From Lingula anatina (Eukaryota > Animalia > Brachiopoda): a stretch of DNA of 64,000 nucleotides. This document shows positions 51,614-63,289 of the stretch, one piece after another. A program made the translations under genes and the position numbers. A model generated the notes under the pieces. The model was not told where the DNA came from. It did not search any database and worked only from the letters and a program-made list of their open reading frames with translations. Position 1 is the stretch's first letter; each line of letters opens with the position of its first letter. The stretch lies in NCBI GenBank assembly GCA_051362555.1, contig CM120644.1, forward strand, positions 6,766,954 to 6,830,953. Reading direction: 5' to 3'.

Positions 51614-54600
51614 TGCACATGTGTGTTTGCGTGTCTATGAATGTGTGTGTGTTTGTCACAGTGTTTCTGTTTCACTTCCACCCCCACGCCCTCTAAATGC
51701 ATGTGGCTCTCAGCCCACGCGGTCACTTGAAATCGCCATTTTAAAGATTTGTTTTACTATGATCATGATATAAAAATCTGGACACTCCCAAGTGGTGAGA
51801 GGGCTGTGTGGTCAGGAAGGCGGTTTTATGCGGTTTTACTCCAAATATTTCTCACTGTCTTTCATGTGTCTTGAACTTTCTTTTGAGAGTTTCATATTGC
51901 AAAGAAGTGATTAGGCTGCACAATGCATAAAGTGGGATGGGAAGTCTGCAATGACTGGCCACCCTTGGTGAAAAGCCAGCATCAAGCGATGGGCACAATG
52001 CTCGTCATATTATATAATGTATTCGTAATTGATTTCGCTCGAGAATCTTGCAAATGACTTATGGGTTGAGATTTAACAATGGGGATTCCCGGTTTTGTTC
52101 ACTTTGAATTAACGAGATATGATGTTCCAGTTTGATGGCTGTATTCTACTTGTCATCCGCAGACTATCTGCAACACTATTCGGGATTGAATTTTAAATTG
52201 AATGCAATAATATGTTAATTTTTGGTGACAATGTTCCATTGACACTGCTGATGTATAATTACATAACCAGACTGAAATTAATAAAGGAGTGAAATTAGAT
52301 GAAACTCAAAATCAACTGTGACATTCCCGGTGTCAGCCACGCTGCGCAATTGCGATTACAGATAGTTTCATTGACAGAGCTACCAAAACACGCACATATT
52401 TCTTTGGACATTATATGGCATCATATTAACCACGCTGTGGCAAAATTACATTTTGTTTGAATAAGGCAGCGTTCACAACCAAAGTTGATCTGCTGACTAA
52501 CAGCACCGTGGACCAAATATGGCCGATCCACTTGAAAGTTTACCACTTAGTCCCCGCGGGGAATCTATACAGTGTCTGTTAGGGGATTATAGGCAATCTT
52601 TCAAGTGGGTCTGCCATATTTGATCCAGGGATCTCTTAGTCCGCGGATCGACTTGGTCTGAATGCGCCCTAAGGCCCTCTTTTTTCACCCCGAGTTGGAG
52701 AATCTCCGAGATTAGTATAAACTTTTAAGCTGTCTGATAACGGAATGCATATGAGGGATAGAGATATCAGTCGATCCCAGTGCTTTGATACTAAGGGACA
52801 CCTCCACCGTGGAGGTGTCCTTTAGTATGAACACAGTAACATTTAAGAAAAGACGTAGCCTGCGGATTAAAGAAAAAATATTCCAGTCCATTTTTGGCCA
52901 CTTTAGATGCCCTGTTGTACGAGTTAATTGGGTTTATTATCTTGTCAATGTCGCGGCTTTTCTTAGGAGGGGCCTCTCTCTTTGGTATTTGAAAAATGAA
53001 TTTGACCAGCGTTCAGGCAGTATTTAGGTGGAGCACGTTAACTTTATTTGACCTTTAATACCAGTTAATCATGATGATTATCTTTTCAATGCCATCATAT
53101 CCTTAGGTGGGATTTCAAAATTGACATGTCCTATTTATCAGACCAGTTTACTAAAAGGACTTGATGAAGTTGATCAAAAAGAAGAAAGTAAGGCCAATTT
53201 ATATAAAGGGACAGCTGCACCCGTTGCTTTTAGAATTAAAATTGAAATTACTTTATTTCATTTTTAGAATTGTTCATTTTTTAAAACTTAATTTTATTTT
53301 TTATATATTTGAGTGTGTCGCCCTCTGGCTTTTGGGAATATTGCACTAGCAGCATAACAGTAATCTACAGTAGATGATAAAAGTGTAAAATAGAAACCAA
53401 AGCGAGGTCTACATGTACTACACACATGCAGCTCATTTGGCACCTTGTTATAACGCATAGCTTTAATAGTGGATGTACCTATAATTATCTATTTGTGTTT
53501 ATTTACTTTGCTATTTCTGACTAAAGACAACATTTTCAAAACACCCTTTTAGGCATTTTCATTTCATTAGTATATTACGTTAGAAGAATAAAAGCATTCC
53601 TGAATGTGTCATCAAGTGCATAGCGTGAAAGAACACACTAAAATTGCAGAGAGTTTAACACGGTAAAAACACATACTTAAAAGTCGCCCTGGGTTTCAAA
53701 TATAACCCACTCTGCAACTGCCTTCAGCAGACACTTCATTATAAAATCATGAATAATCCTCTTGGGGCATGCAGTCCCTTGTAGTCTAAAATCGGATATA
53801 TTGTAGCACAGAAAATTGCACAGTTATTGCACAGACAATAATTGATCGATGCGCATAGTTGGTATGCGGAAATATAATGGCCCATGGTTGGTATAAGGAA
53901 ATATAATGGTTCATGGTAAGTATAGATAATGTTCCATTTAGAGACTTGAACTGCAATTACCGTTGATCAAATGGTAACTAACGATCTGGATATTGTACCG
54001 TTCTCCACGCAAATTCCCTGAAATATATCGTACATGACAACATAAACCATACGCTAGATTTAGAGATCTACAGATTTACCATAAGAGTTCCTAGATTATG
54101 ACTGTAATAGTGCGTTTAAGTATATTGATTGTAGATCTTGTTATATACTAGAGAACAGTTGAAAAACAAAGGAATGTGGGGGTGCATGTAGATTCAATGG
54201 GTAAGGGCGCGAAAATGTTTAGGCCTATATTTGATAATGTTTTGATGATAATTAATTATTGACTCTCCAGACTTAGTTAAAATAAATACATTCTTCTGAT
54301 TCAACAGATGAATCACAATAGATATAGCATACGTAGGACGTATTAGAGTGGATTTGGTGAAGATAGAACGCTAAATTAATCTTTTACACTTAGACTGCCT
54401 TCAGCTGAATCTGTATATGGGTAAAATTAAAATATGCCATACCCGATTGAGCATTATCTACTTCCCTAAGCTAGGAATGTTGCATTAAAATGCTCCATAA
54501 TGTTACATTATAAATCCCAGTTTGTGGTCGTCCAAACCGGCGCTAAAGATCAATGCACACTTTAGTGATGGACAAAATATATTGTGCCTTTTCCTGTGAT

Positions 54601-55630
54601 TAGCCTAGCGAGAATTCTCATATAATCGCTCGTCACTTCGCTGTTAATAATAGAGGGATTGAAACCGTAGCAGGTGGCTCTTAGGGGATCGTTTTATTGC
54701 ATTTTTAGGCCATGAGACGATTGCGAACACATTGCAACGCGTGGTTGCCGGTAACGACCACTCACAATGATTCATAATATAAGTTTTAGGTGCCAGAAAT
54801 ATATATTTATGCAAAATGCTCGTTTGAGTTCAAATGAGACGCAGAGGAGTTATAAATCGGGGTCTTTCCATGTTATTATTATTATTATTATTATTATTGA
54901 TAACCGTTTTTAAGGAGAACGTTATTGCTAGGCCAATCATCTTAGCAATTAGCTCATCAATCTGTAATGAAGGCATACATTTAAGAAGTAAACGCGATCT
55001 TGGACTCCTAACATGGAAGGGTAATAACTCAAGAAATAATGCACCGGCCGATGCACTGCTATACGTACTTGTAGGGAAATCATCCAAAATTTCTCTCCGC
55101 ATGGGCAGACGATGACATAATGGGTTATTTAGGTTCGGGACATTCAGACATTCAGGCATATAATTTGACTGAATTCGCAGCACTATTAAATGTCAACAAT
55201 TCGTCACACCAGTGTCCTTCAACGGAAATTATGTAATCTTTTTCTAAGGAGCACAAAACGTCTGTTGGCGTTGAGACAGATAAGTGAATGTGTGGCGTAA
55301 CGTTTTCAATATTTGTCGTCTGCGACCAGCGTAATGAGGATGAAGCGGTTCTGAAAATGATCTTATCTTACGAATAATATAGAATGTTCGACCTCCCAGA
55401 AATGAGAAGAAAGAAGGGTATTACATTTTGAATAAAGTTGATACTTGTCGCCCACTTACGCTCTCGTATGCACTCATGACAATGAGTAACTGCAAAATGG
55501 CATCACATGTATTAATCAAGAATGCTTTACATTTTTGTTTAATGTATCATACATGAATTTAAACATTTAAAATTTACGTTCATATTTACAGTAGCAACAC
55601 GCCTAAACATCAAACAACAAAGATTAGTTA

Positions 55631-55667
<37 letters not shown>

Positions 55668-56856
55668 CAAAATGCTCTGGGAAATGACTTTATATGCAGT
55701 AGAAACATTTTCATAGATAACTAATTCAGAAACAATTAAGTCAGTGAGAAACACACACGTGTGGTTGGGATTCACATATAGGTACTAAAACACATTATAG
55801 ACCTAAACCGCATTTGACATCCTCAAACGGATACCATTATCATTTAGTCCCTTGCATGTTTAATTTATCACTAGTGTATTTTCGGTGTCAATAGGATGTG
55901 TGGTGACAGGATATAAAAAGACAGAATAAATTAGGCTGGCGATTGGGAAATATTAAGGGGAAATTGTGCAATGCATATATACGATGGATGAAATAGGAAC
56001 TATAAATATATGTTGAATTTGTTAATATGTTGTGCGAATTAGAGGAAATATGCTCATGGCACTGCAAATGTTTCCCCAAATAAAGGCTTGTTATTTCTGT
56101 GTTTTTTTTTTAATTAGAACTCCCAAATGGCACAAGACTGCAGTGAAATTGTAATCGATATAGAAACGAAAAGAACTGAGACTTGCTACACGAACATTTA
56201 TCGAACATCTGCGTTAAAAGGAAAACAAATACTGTACATGCATTCATAAATACATTTCAAGCAAATTTGACATTTTTCATATTAAATCGTTTTACACCAG
56301 GCTACAGAGGCAGTGAGGATGAGTGAGAGAGAGAGAGAGAGAGGGAGAGAGTGTGTGTTTCATTTTCATGTTCGAATTCACATTTATAAACTATCACTGG
56401 GATTCTATACATGGTCCAGCTATACATGCACATAAGAAACGTCAAACCACAAGTATGTCGGGGCGTAAAGATGAACGTGAGGTACAGTAGTGTACATCAG
56501 TGGAATGAATCACAATGGAGTCGATTCTAGGGGAGTGCCAGGATTACTTAACTGGCAACTTGATATCCTTAGGAAGATACTGTTTAAGAGATGGAGTGAT
56601 ACAATATTACATAATATTACTTTGGTGTATCTTCCTATAGGTAGGGAGGAGTGCCTTCATATACAAGGCAGCAATTTCTGGCACGGAGAAACCAGATTAA
56701 GATGCGAGATAATGAGAGAAGTAGTCTTCGAAATTAATGACTAAGATATGATTATGTGATAATAAATCCATTGTAAGAAAATGCACTTTAGAAATTGTGA
56801 TTATGGACAGTACGAATGGAAATTCATTTTAGAATAAATTTAACAGACAGATGTAT

Positions 56857-56900
<44 letters not shown>

Positions 56901-58102
56901 AGGGGGGGTGATCACCAAATATTTGTTTGATATATTATAAAAACCTCTGATAAGGACTACTGGAAGAACAAGGCTGGTATTCCAATATACAAAATGTTCA
57001 CCAAAGTCACTATAAAAAGGGAATCTAAGAACCGTAAGTTGTATGTCATTTTCCTCTTTCTTTCCTGCTGCACCACAGAGCACGTTCCGGGACTGGGACG
57101 GTTCTGGCGATAGTAAAATAACTTTTAAAGAGTACATGGACGCCATGACCGGCGCCCCACCCGAACTTCACATGTAAGTGAACAAAAATGTCCCCGCATG
57201 ATGTATATGTCTTCGTTGTTGATGTCAGAGTAAAAGATTAATGTCAAGCCCGCTGACGTGATGAAATACTCTGCAGTGTTGCAAACTTAACGGTACTCTG
57301 AAAGGTGGTGATCTGGTTTTCTGCGCTTTTTGCAGTAGAATTACGCCTTGGAGGAATGGAGTTTAAAAATGAGTAAAGTGCTTAAAAGTTGGCAGCCCTG
57401 CAACTGTTGTTGTTTTTATAGATTATAATAATTTTTTTTAGCTACTTGGTATCTGTTACCGTCTTTGTGGTTGTTGTCGTTGTTGTGTGTTGATATTTTA
57501 TGTCAAAGAAGTGGTAAGTTCATTGATGTTCGCCCTTATGTCAGATGTTCTTTATGTCGTTGTTTACCATTTTATGTCACCCAGTGTATTGTAATAAAAA
57601 ACAAAATGATGTTTTAAAACCCGGTTGATGTATTTGGTTGGGTTGAATGCCTCCTATGAAAGTGGAATTATTGGTGACACTTCGAACATTCAATCTTCAC
57701 ACATATTTTTCTTGTTTGCTAAATGCCAAACGTTAAAAAGTTCTGTTGACTCTTTGAATATTGTAGACATCCTTATTGTTCACATTTTTTAAATGACTGA
57801 TTCTTATATGAGAGGCATATTTACTAACGGCGTCCATTTTACAGTTAAGTGAAAATAGACAAACCTTTCAAAGCAAACTAACACTAATGACAATCATACA
57901 TAAAAATTAAAGTTACATTTACAGATAAACAGACTGATGTTTAAGAAATAAATGTATTTTTTTATTCACCGTATTCACCTGACGTCTAAGAAGAGACGCA
58001 CATTTAACAGCCAAAACAGCGCCAGTAACAAATTCTATTTCACAATCGCACAAAAGAGCGACCAGACCAATAAACGTCTATGTTTTGGTTGGATTAATTA
58101 AA

Positions 58103-58150
<48 letters not shown>

Positions 58151-59537
58151 AATCTAAATTTATTGATGTGAAATATTTAGTTTTGCGAAGGAGTATTAAT
58201 TCAGCTTGCACATGAACGTATAGTATGTGTGTAACCAGTTACCATAGCGCTTTCTTCAGTCACCAGCTAAAATCAGAACATCCCGCTCTCCAAGGTCTCG
58301 AAATCCATCCCCTCACCGTCTCCATGAAAAAAAGGCTAATGGAGGCGTGACCGTAGTACTTGAGTTGTGTTCGTCTGGTTTTGGCTGGAGACTGCAGAAC
58401 CCGCCGCATCCTTGCATGTGTTTCAGCCATAGATGTTGTATGCACGTTGTTTTATGTCTCTCTTCCAGAACTACTTCAGTAATGCCGACATTTCTGGGGA
58501 CGGTATAGTTACTTTTGACGAATACATGGTTGCCATGGGGCAGGTGCCTCCGGAGCAGCATAAGTAAGTTACTGTACTGTAGAGCACGCGTGTGGCGATG
58601 CACGTGCTCATACGAACACGATCTGATCATGTAGTGCATTAATTTTACTCCGTTACTATCCCATAGCTAAACTTCCGATTCTGTTCAGATTCAGATGTTT
58701 TATCGGAACGTTTAGTGTCGACAATGAAAAAGTAAGGTCACTATACTATAACGCATATAAACGTTTTTTTTTTTTTTACAATTTCATTGTTTATTGCGAT
58801 GCAGATATTGTCATTCCGTGGTGCTATTGCACCAGTAAGTCTGTTTGTACTAAAGGTCCTGCTGATGATAGAAAAGTGCATTTTACAAATTCATAGATGA
58901 AATCATAATTCGTCGATGTACAGGCTCATAGCCAGCATTTCAAAGGGGGGGGGGGGTTCTTTTTCTGAAAAAGTGGACCTTTTACCCTGAAACTTCGAGT
59001 ATCTAGATAAAATTTTATCCAAAGGGGACCATTTCCTGGCAAAAAAGGGAGGGGAATTCCTGGCAAAAGGGAGATTCTTTCGACGGGGGTTTTTGCCCCC
59101 CCTCCCACCGAACTTCCCTGGCTACGGGCCTGATGATCGTTAGTTGCTTTAACAGATGCTGTATATGCAGTTTTATTAGTAGTTATAAATTTTAACATAT
59201 CTGTACTTTAATCAATGTGAAAGTGATACCTGAGCTGGTGTGAGTCAGTGAGAAGAGAAATGGGAAATGCGGTAGTTGAGACGGTAACAAAGTGGTAACA
59301 TTCATCATTGCGGACGGCTTTTCTCTTTCTAGGGCCGCAACGCTTCGTAAGCTGTTCAATGACTTTGACATCGATAAAAGCGGCTTCATCGACAGTAAAG
59401 AGCTGCAGGCAATCTTCAAAGAGATGGGTTCCGTGTATTCCGAAGATGTTTGTCAACGTCTCATCGATGCGGCCGACAAAGATGGCAGCGCGACCCTGGA
59501 CTACGAAGAGTTCATCAAGAAAGTATTCGGTTATTAA
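45644..59537 (+). CDS. Calmodulin-like four-EF-hand calcium-binding protein, 144 aa, with alternative exon 2
   Basis: Join 45644-45778, [57079-57173 or 58469-58563], 59333-59537 = 435 nt in frame. EF loops: DKDGSGSLTFDE; DGSGDSKITFKE or DISGDGIVTFDE; DIDKSGFIDSKE; DKDGSATLDYEE. Too divergent to be true calmodulin. Confidence 0.88.
46251..46417 (+). mobile_element. CAGGGG-ended MITE with 5-bp TSD
   Basis: TIR CAGGGGCGGAT / ATCCGCCCCTG; CTTGA on both flanks; internal GGAAGAC(G/T)GTCA x3. Confidence 0.82.
47161..47354 (-). mobile_element. Diverged reverse copy of CAGGC-ended MITE family
   Basis: C-run + TTTGAAAT...CTGG end and AAAAAGTCCA...TCTAGAT resemble the reverse complement of 58921-59132. 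Confidence 0.45.
49322..49432. repeat. Compound (GT/GC)n then (GA)n tract; alternating purine-pyrimidine
   Basis: Includes a pure (GC)n run at ~49383-49400. Confidence 0.9.
52465..52669 (+). mobile_element. Harbinger/Tourist-like MITE with TAA TSD
   Basis: TAA|GGCAGCGTTCACAACCA ... TGGTCTGAATGCGCCC|TAA; internal arms CAAATATGGCCGATCCACTTGAAAG / CTTTCAAGTGGGTCTGCCATATTTG. Confidence 0.8.
52788..52828. repeat. Near-perfect 41-bp palindrome
   Basis: ATACTAAGGGACACCTCCAC-C-GTGGAGGTGTCCTTTAGTAT; 20-bp arms, one mismatch. Confidence 0.9.
56858..56899. repeat. (GT)n microsatellite
   Basis: Direct reading. Confidence 0.95.
57079..57173 (+). CDS. EF-hand gene 1, exon 2A (EF2 variant); not in ORF track
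   Basis: 95 nt, phase 0-2; STFRDWDGSGDSKITFKEYMDAMTGAPPELH; CACAG| acceptor, AT|GTAAGT donor. Confidence 0.87.
58104..58149. repeat. (TTA)n microsatellite between EF exons 2A and 2B
   Basis: Direct reading. Confidence 0.95.
58469..58563 (+). CDS. EF-hand gene 1, exon 2B (EF2 variant); not in ORF track
   Basis: 95 nt, phase 0-2; NYFSNADISGDGIVTFDEYMVAMGQVPPEQH; TTCCAG| acceptor, AA|GTAAGT donor. Confidence 0.9.
58921..59132 (+). mobile_element. CAGGC-ended MITE
   Basis: TIR CAGGCTCATAGCCAG / CTGGCTACGGGCCTG; related copies at ~3296 and ~47161. Confidence 0.75.
59333..59537 (+). CDS. EF-hand gene 1, exon 3 (EF3 and EF4)
   Basis: TTCTAG| acceptor; AATLRKLFNDFDIDKSGFIDSKEL...DKDGSATLDYEEFIKKVFGY*. 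Confidence 0.93.
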
Positions 59538-60840
59538 AAATAATGCGGAAAAGACAAAACAAAAAACAAAAAACTGACGTTCGACGTTCGTGTATTTCCG
59601 CCACGAAATGCGGACGAAGCCGAGTTGGTCTTCGCTCTTGTGGGCCAGTCTTTAGCCTTTTGTAAAGAGGTGCACGGAAAGATTGTGTAAACTGGGTGCG
59701 ATTCGGTTTCCTTTGAAACTTTTGGAACTCCGCAGTTGAATGGGATTCCCCTGGCTGGTACACAGAACAGTGCAAAACTCACTTTTAGCAATTTTTGTCG
59801 ACTTGGCGATATTAGTTACATCATGTTAGTTTTCATGCCTCTTCTAATTTTTGCTTATATTGAGCAGAGCAGCATTTGGAGATGTTTGAGAGACCACATT
59901 ATATATTTAGTGCAATTTTTTAAAAATTAGTTTTCAACTTTTCAATTACTCATTTTAGTTGTTAGAATTTTCTAATCCTTTTTTTATTGTAGTCGAAATG
60001 AAAAGACAATGCAGAGTAATTTTAACATCTTTCTTTCGTAATAATTACTTTGTGTATATTTTGTGGGCAGCGCATTTTTACAGATGTTTAGAATTTTAAA
60101 TTTTACACTGAATTTAGATAACAAAATTGTTTACATTTTTAGTATCTAAAAGTAATGTTTGTTACTGAACGTGATAATTTTTAACAATTTAAACTAACAC
60201 ATTTCTTGATCTAGCCTTTCAATATCAAAACTTTTTGAAAATTGTCTTTCTCCGATAGGTGCAATTTTGCTTACAATTGTTCGGAATAACATTTACTTAT
60301 AAAGCTAAATAAAGCTGCGAATCGACACATTTGTTCATGTATTGGTGTTTTTTTTCCGATGATTCTTCAGTACTTTTTATTTGAAATCGTACGTATACGA
60401 AAATATATAAAAAAATATTCTGTACCCCTAGAAGTCTCCATCAACCACGTCATCATGGTCAGTGCCTTTCATTTCAGATTTAAGCACTTCGAGACAAAAC
60501 AAATAACCCAAATAAACCCAATGTTAGGCTAGTCAAAAAATTTAAATTGTTTCATGATTGCAACCGACATTTTAAGGAAAATTTGATTTTCTTTCACATG
60601 AAACAAATGCACTGGATATTGGTGTTGTAAAAGGGAGAAATGTATAACTGATCCTAGCGTTGCTTTTATTCTCTGAAATCATCCACACTGTGGCTTTTAT
60701 ATTTTATTCCCGCTCCCCCAAAATAATGATAGAAAATGATGACATAGAACGCCCGATCCGAGAAACTGAACTATTTTTCTATGCCTGTTAAAAAAAGCCT
60801 TCAGACTCTGTTCATGTCACAGGGAGTGGCTGCACTTCAA

Positions 60841-60843
<3 letters not shown>

Positions 60844-60919
<76 letters not shown>
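60844..60919. repeat. Compound (CT)n(CA)n microsatellite
   Basis: Direct reading. Confidence 0.96.
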
Positions 60920-60923
<4 letters not shown>

Positions 60924-61382
60924 TCAAATTTACCTTTCCAATGCAGATGAAGCCCGTTCCTCTTTTCTAATTAAAATGGAGAAAATCGCATTTATAATTA
61001 TTAAAAATTCTGTTAATCACAAATACACGCTATATCTGTTTCCTACGGTTTGAATGTTAATTTAAATGAAAATTAATGAGCTAAGGTATAAAAGAGGTGC
61101 GTGCGTGCACGCGCGCGCGCGTGTGTGTGTGATAGAGAGAGAGAGAGAGAGAGTGTGATATTTAAGTTTCATTTTGAGAATTTAAAATAAAATGACTTTT
61201 AAGCATACAGTTGTAACTGCCTTACTACAACCCACTCGCATCCTTTGTCGTCTTCCACATCTTGGTCATTCCCCGTCATAAAATTTCTTAATCAAATTTT
61301 TTATCAGTAAGTTCCTTTAAAAAGACGCTTGTTCATTTCCTTCATGCGTAACACGGATCCCTCCGCTTGCTCATCACAGGTA

Positions 61383-61432
61383 TGACGTCATTCAAGTCAT
61401 CCGCCCGACAGAGAGACCCGCATGATTATAAA
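61383..61432 (+). promoter_or_regulatory. Promoter of EF-hand gene 2: full CRE, GC box, TATA box
   Basis: TGACGTCA 61383-61390; CCGCCC 61401-61406; TATAAA 61427-61432; ATG at 61537. Confidence 0.65.
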
Positions 61433-61536
61433 TAAAAGAAAAATGTAGACATAAACTCATCACTTCATCATAGCGAATATAATATACAATATACAATAGA
61501 AACACGTTGCTATTACTCCACTCTCCCTCGGACAAA

Positions 61537-61665
61537 ATGGACAAGGAACAATTTGAGGCATTCTTTAAGGAGGCGGATAGCGATCAAAATGGGACGCTGT
61601 CCTTATGTGAACTGTGCGGCATTCTGAGGAAAAAGGGCTACAGAGGCAAGGATGAAGAAATAAAG
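61537..61665 (+). CDS. EF-hand gene 2 (tandem paralog), exon 1; remainder beyond window
   Basis: MDKEQFEAFFKEADSDQNGTLSLCELCGILRKKGYRGKDEEIK; homologous to 45644-45778 with the same phase-0 donor position (AAG|GTAGGC). Confidence 0.88.
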
Positions 61666-61689
61666 GTAGGCTCCTTGATATCCGTATTG

Positions 61690-61720
<31 letters not shown>

Positions 61721-63210
61721 CCTTAATTTACTTTTCCTGATGTGTGTGATTTTATTTATTTTAGGGACGAGTTAGAACAATTACAATGAAACACATCGTT
61801 GCGCAAGCAGCAAAAGCATTGCAATGCATGCAAGTCACTCATTAACTATAATTATTTTCTAGTTATTTTGGTTTGTTTTGATGTGTGAATTTATGAAAGG
61901 AATTATTGATCGAAAGGAAAAACGTTAAAACGATTTTTTTAAATGCGGTATTCACAAAACGCTAAGGATACTAGTTTTGCTTGGTCCGAATTCACCGGCA
62001 GAGCTATTACAGATGTATAAAAATGAAAATAATTACTCCTGTTAATCAGCTAAGTGACGGCAAAACAGTTAATGCTTTTTATCAATTACCTTGCTTAGCG
62101 CAATGAAACATCAAAACGCTTGAATAAAACATGAATTAGGTCACATATGCAGTAATGCAGAAAGGGGCCATCGTTAATGGTTGATGTCGACGCTTCCTCT
62201 GTCGAATTATTCAGAGACACAACTTATATTGTATCGCTATTATCTCCCTTAATGAAAAACGTTAATGCTTATAGCTCTTTGCTAGAAGCGGATAACACTG
62301 GCAGGTAGAACCTTGGTATTGGTAGTGTCTTCTCATGCACGTGACCCTTTCCTATCTCCTCCCCATTCTGGGTAGACTTTGCTAGATTTCCCCCTCTCTT
62401 TCTACCTTTGTCTCTTTCTTTAACTCTCTTTGTTTCTTTGACTTCTTTGTCTCCCCTCTCTCTTTCTCTCTCACATACACACACATTCACACACTACTTT
62501 AAAACAAATTATTAATACCAGTAGATCAGCGCCGTCTGCTTACGTTTTGATGTGGGCTTGTTTACAAATAAATGATTATCATGTCAATTAGCGCAGTAGC
62601 AAGGGACACTAATATCAATAATCCTTTGAAAGAGATACGCAAAAAAAAATCGCCAGCATCTTCAGTAGTGATAATAACCCAATCTTCAATTTCAGACTGT
62701 TATTTTATTTTATTAAAATACTGCTGCTGCTGTGCGATTTACAGGTATAACAATCTCAGATTGTAAGACAAGATCCCTGAGAAACCTAGAATGCCCATAA
62801 CAAATTTTGTTGTAGATTATGTTTTATTTATGAAGACAGCATATAATGCGTCAATTCTTTAAAAAGTGACCAAATGATCAGGATTATTTTTAAATGAAGC
62901 ATATAAGGGTATACATTACCACTCGACACGCGTTTGGTCCTTAATTTAAAGGGAAGGGAGCAAAGAAAGTAATTAAGAAAGAGGGAAAAGAAACAAGGAA
63001 AGTAAACATATTTTAAAAGAAGGAAAAGAAAAAGAAGGAAAATATTTCATTTTCTCTACCATCGAGGTCCCCTTTGATGCGATTGAACACACAATGGCAG
63101 TTATTAATAATAATAATAATAACGAAAATATTAATCATACATGTATGTTTCAATTACACGTGCATTTGCTGGCTCTCTTTTCTGTGTTAAATCTAAATAT
63201 TTAATATCAA

Positions 63211-63213
<3 letters not shown>

Positions 63214-63284
<71 letters not shown>
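63214..63284. repeat. (TA)n microsatellite
   Basis: Direct reading. Confidence 0.97.

Positions 63285-63289
<5 letters not shown>

Noticed and set aside
53206-53780. Possible Kolobok-like element (AAGGGACAGCTGCACCC / GGGGCATGCAGTCCCTT)
   Set aside because: Inverted ends are too degenerate and there is no clean TTAA duplication.
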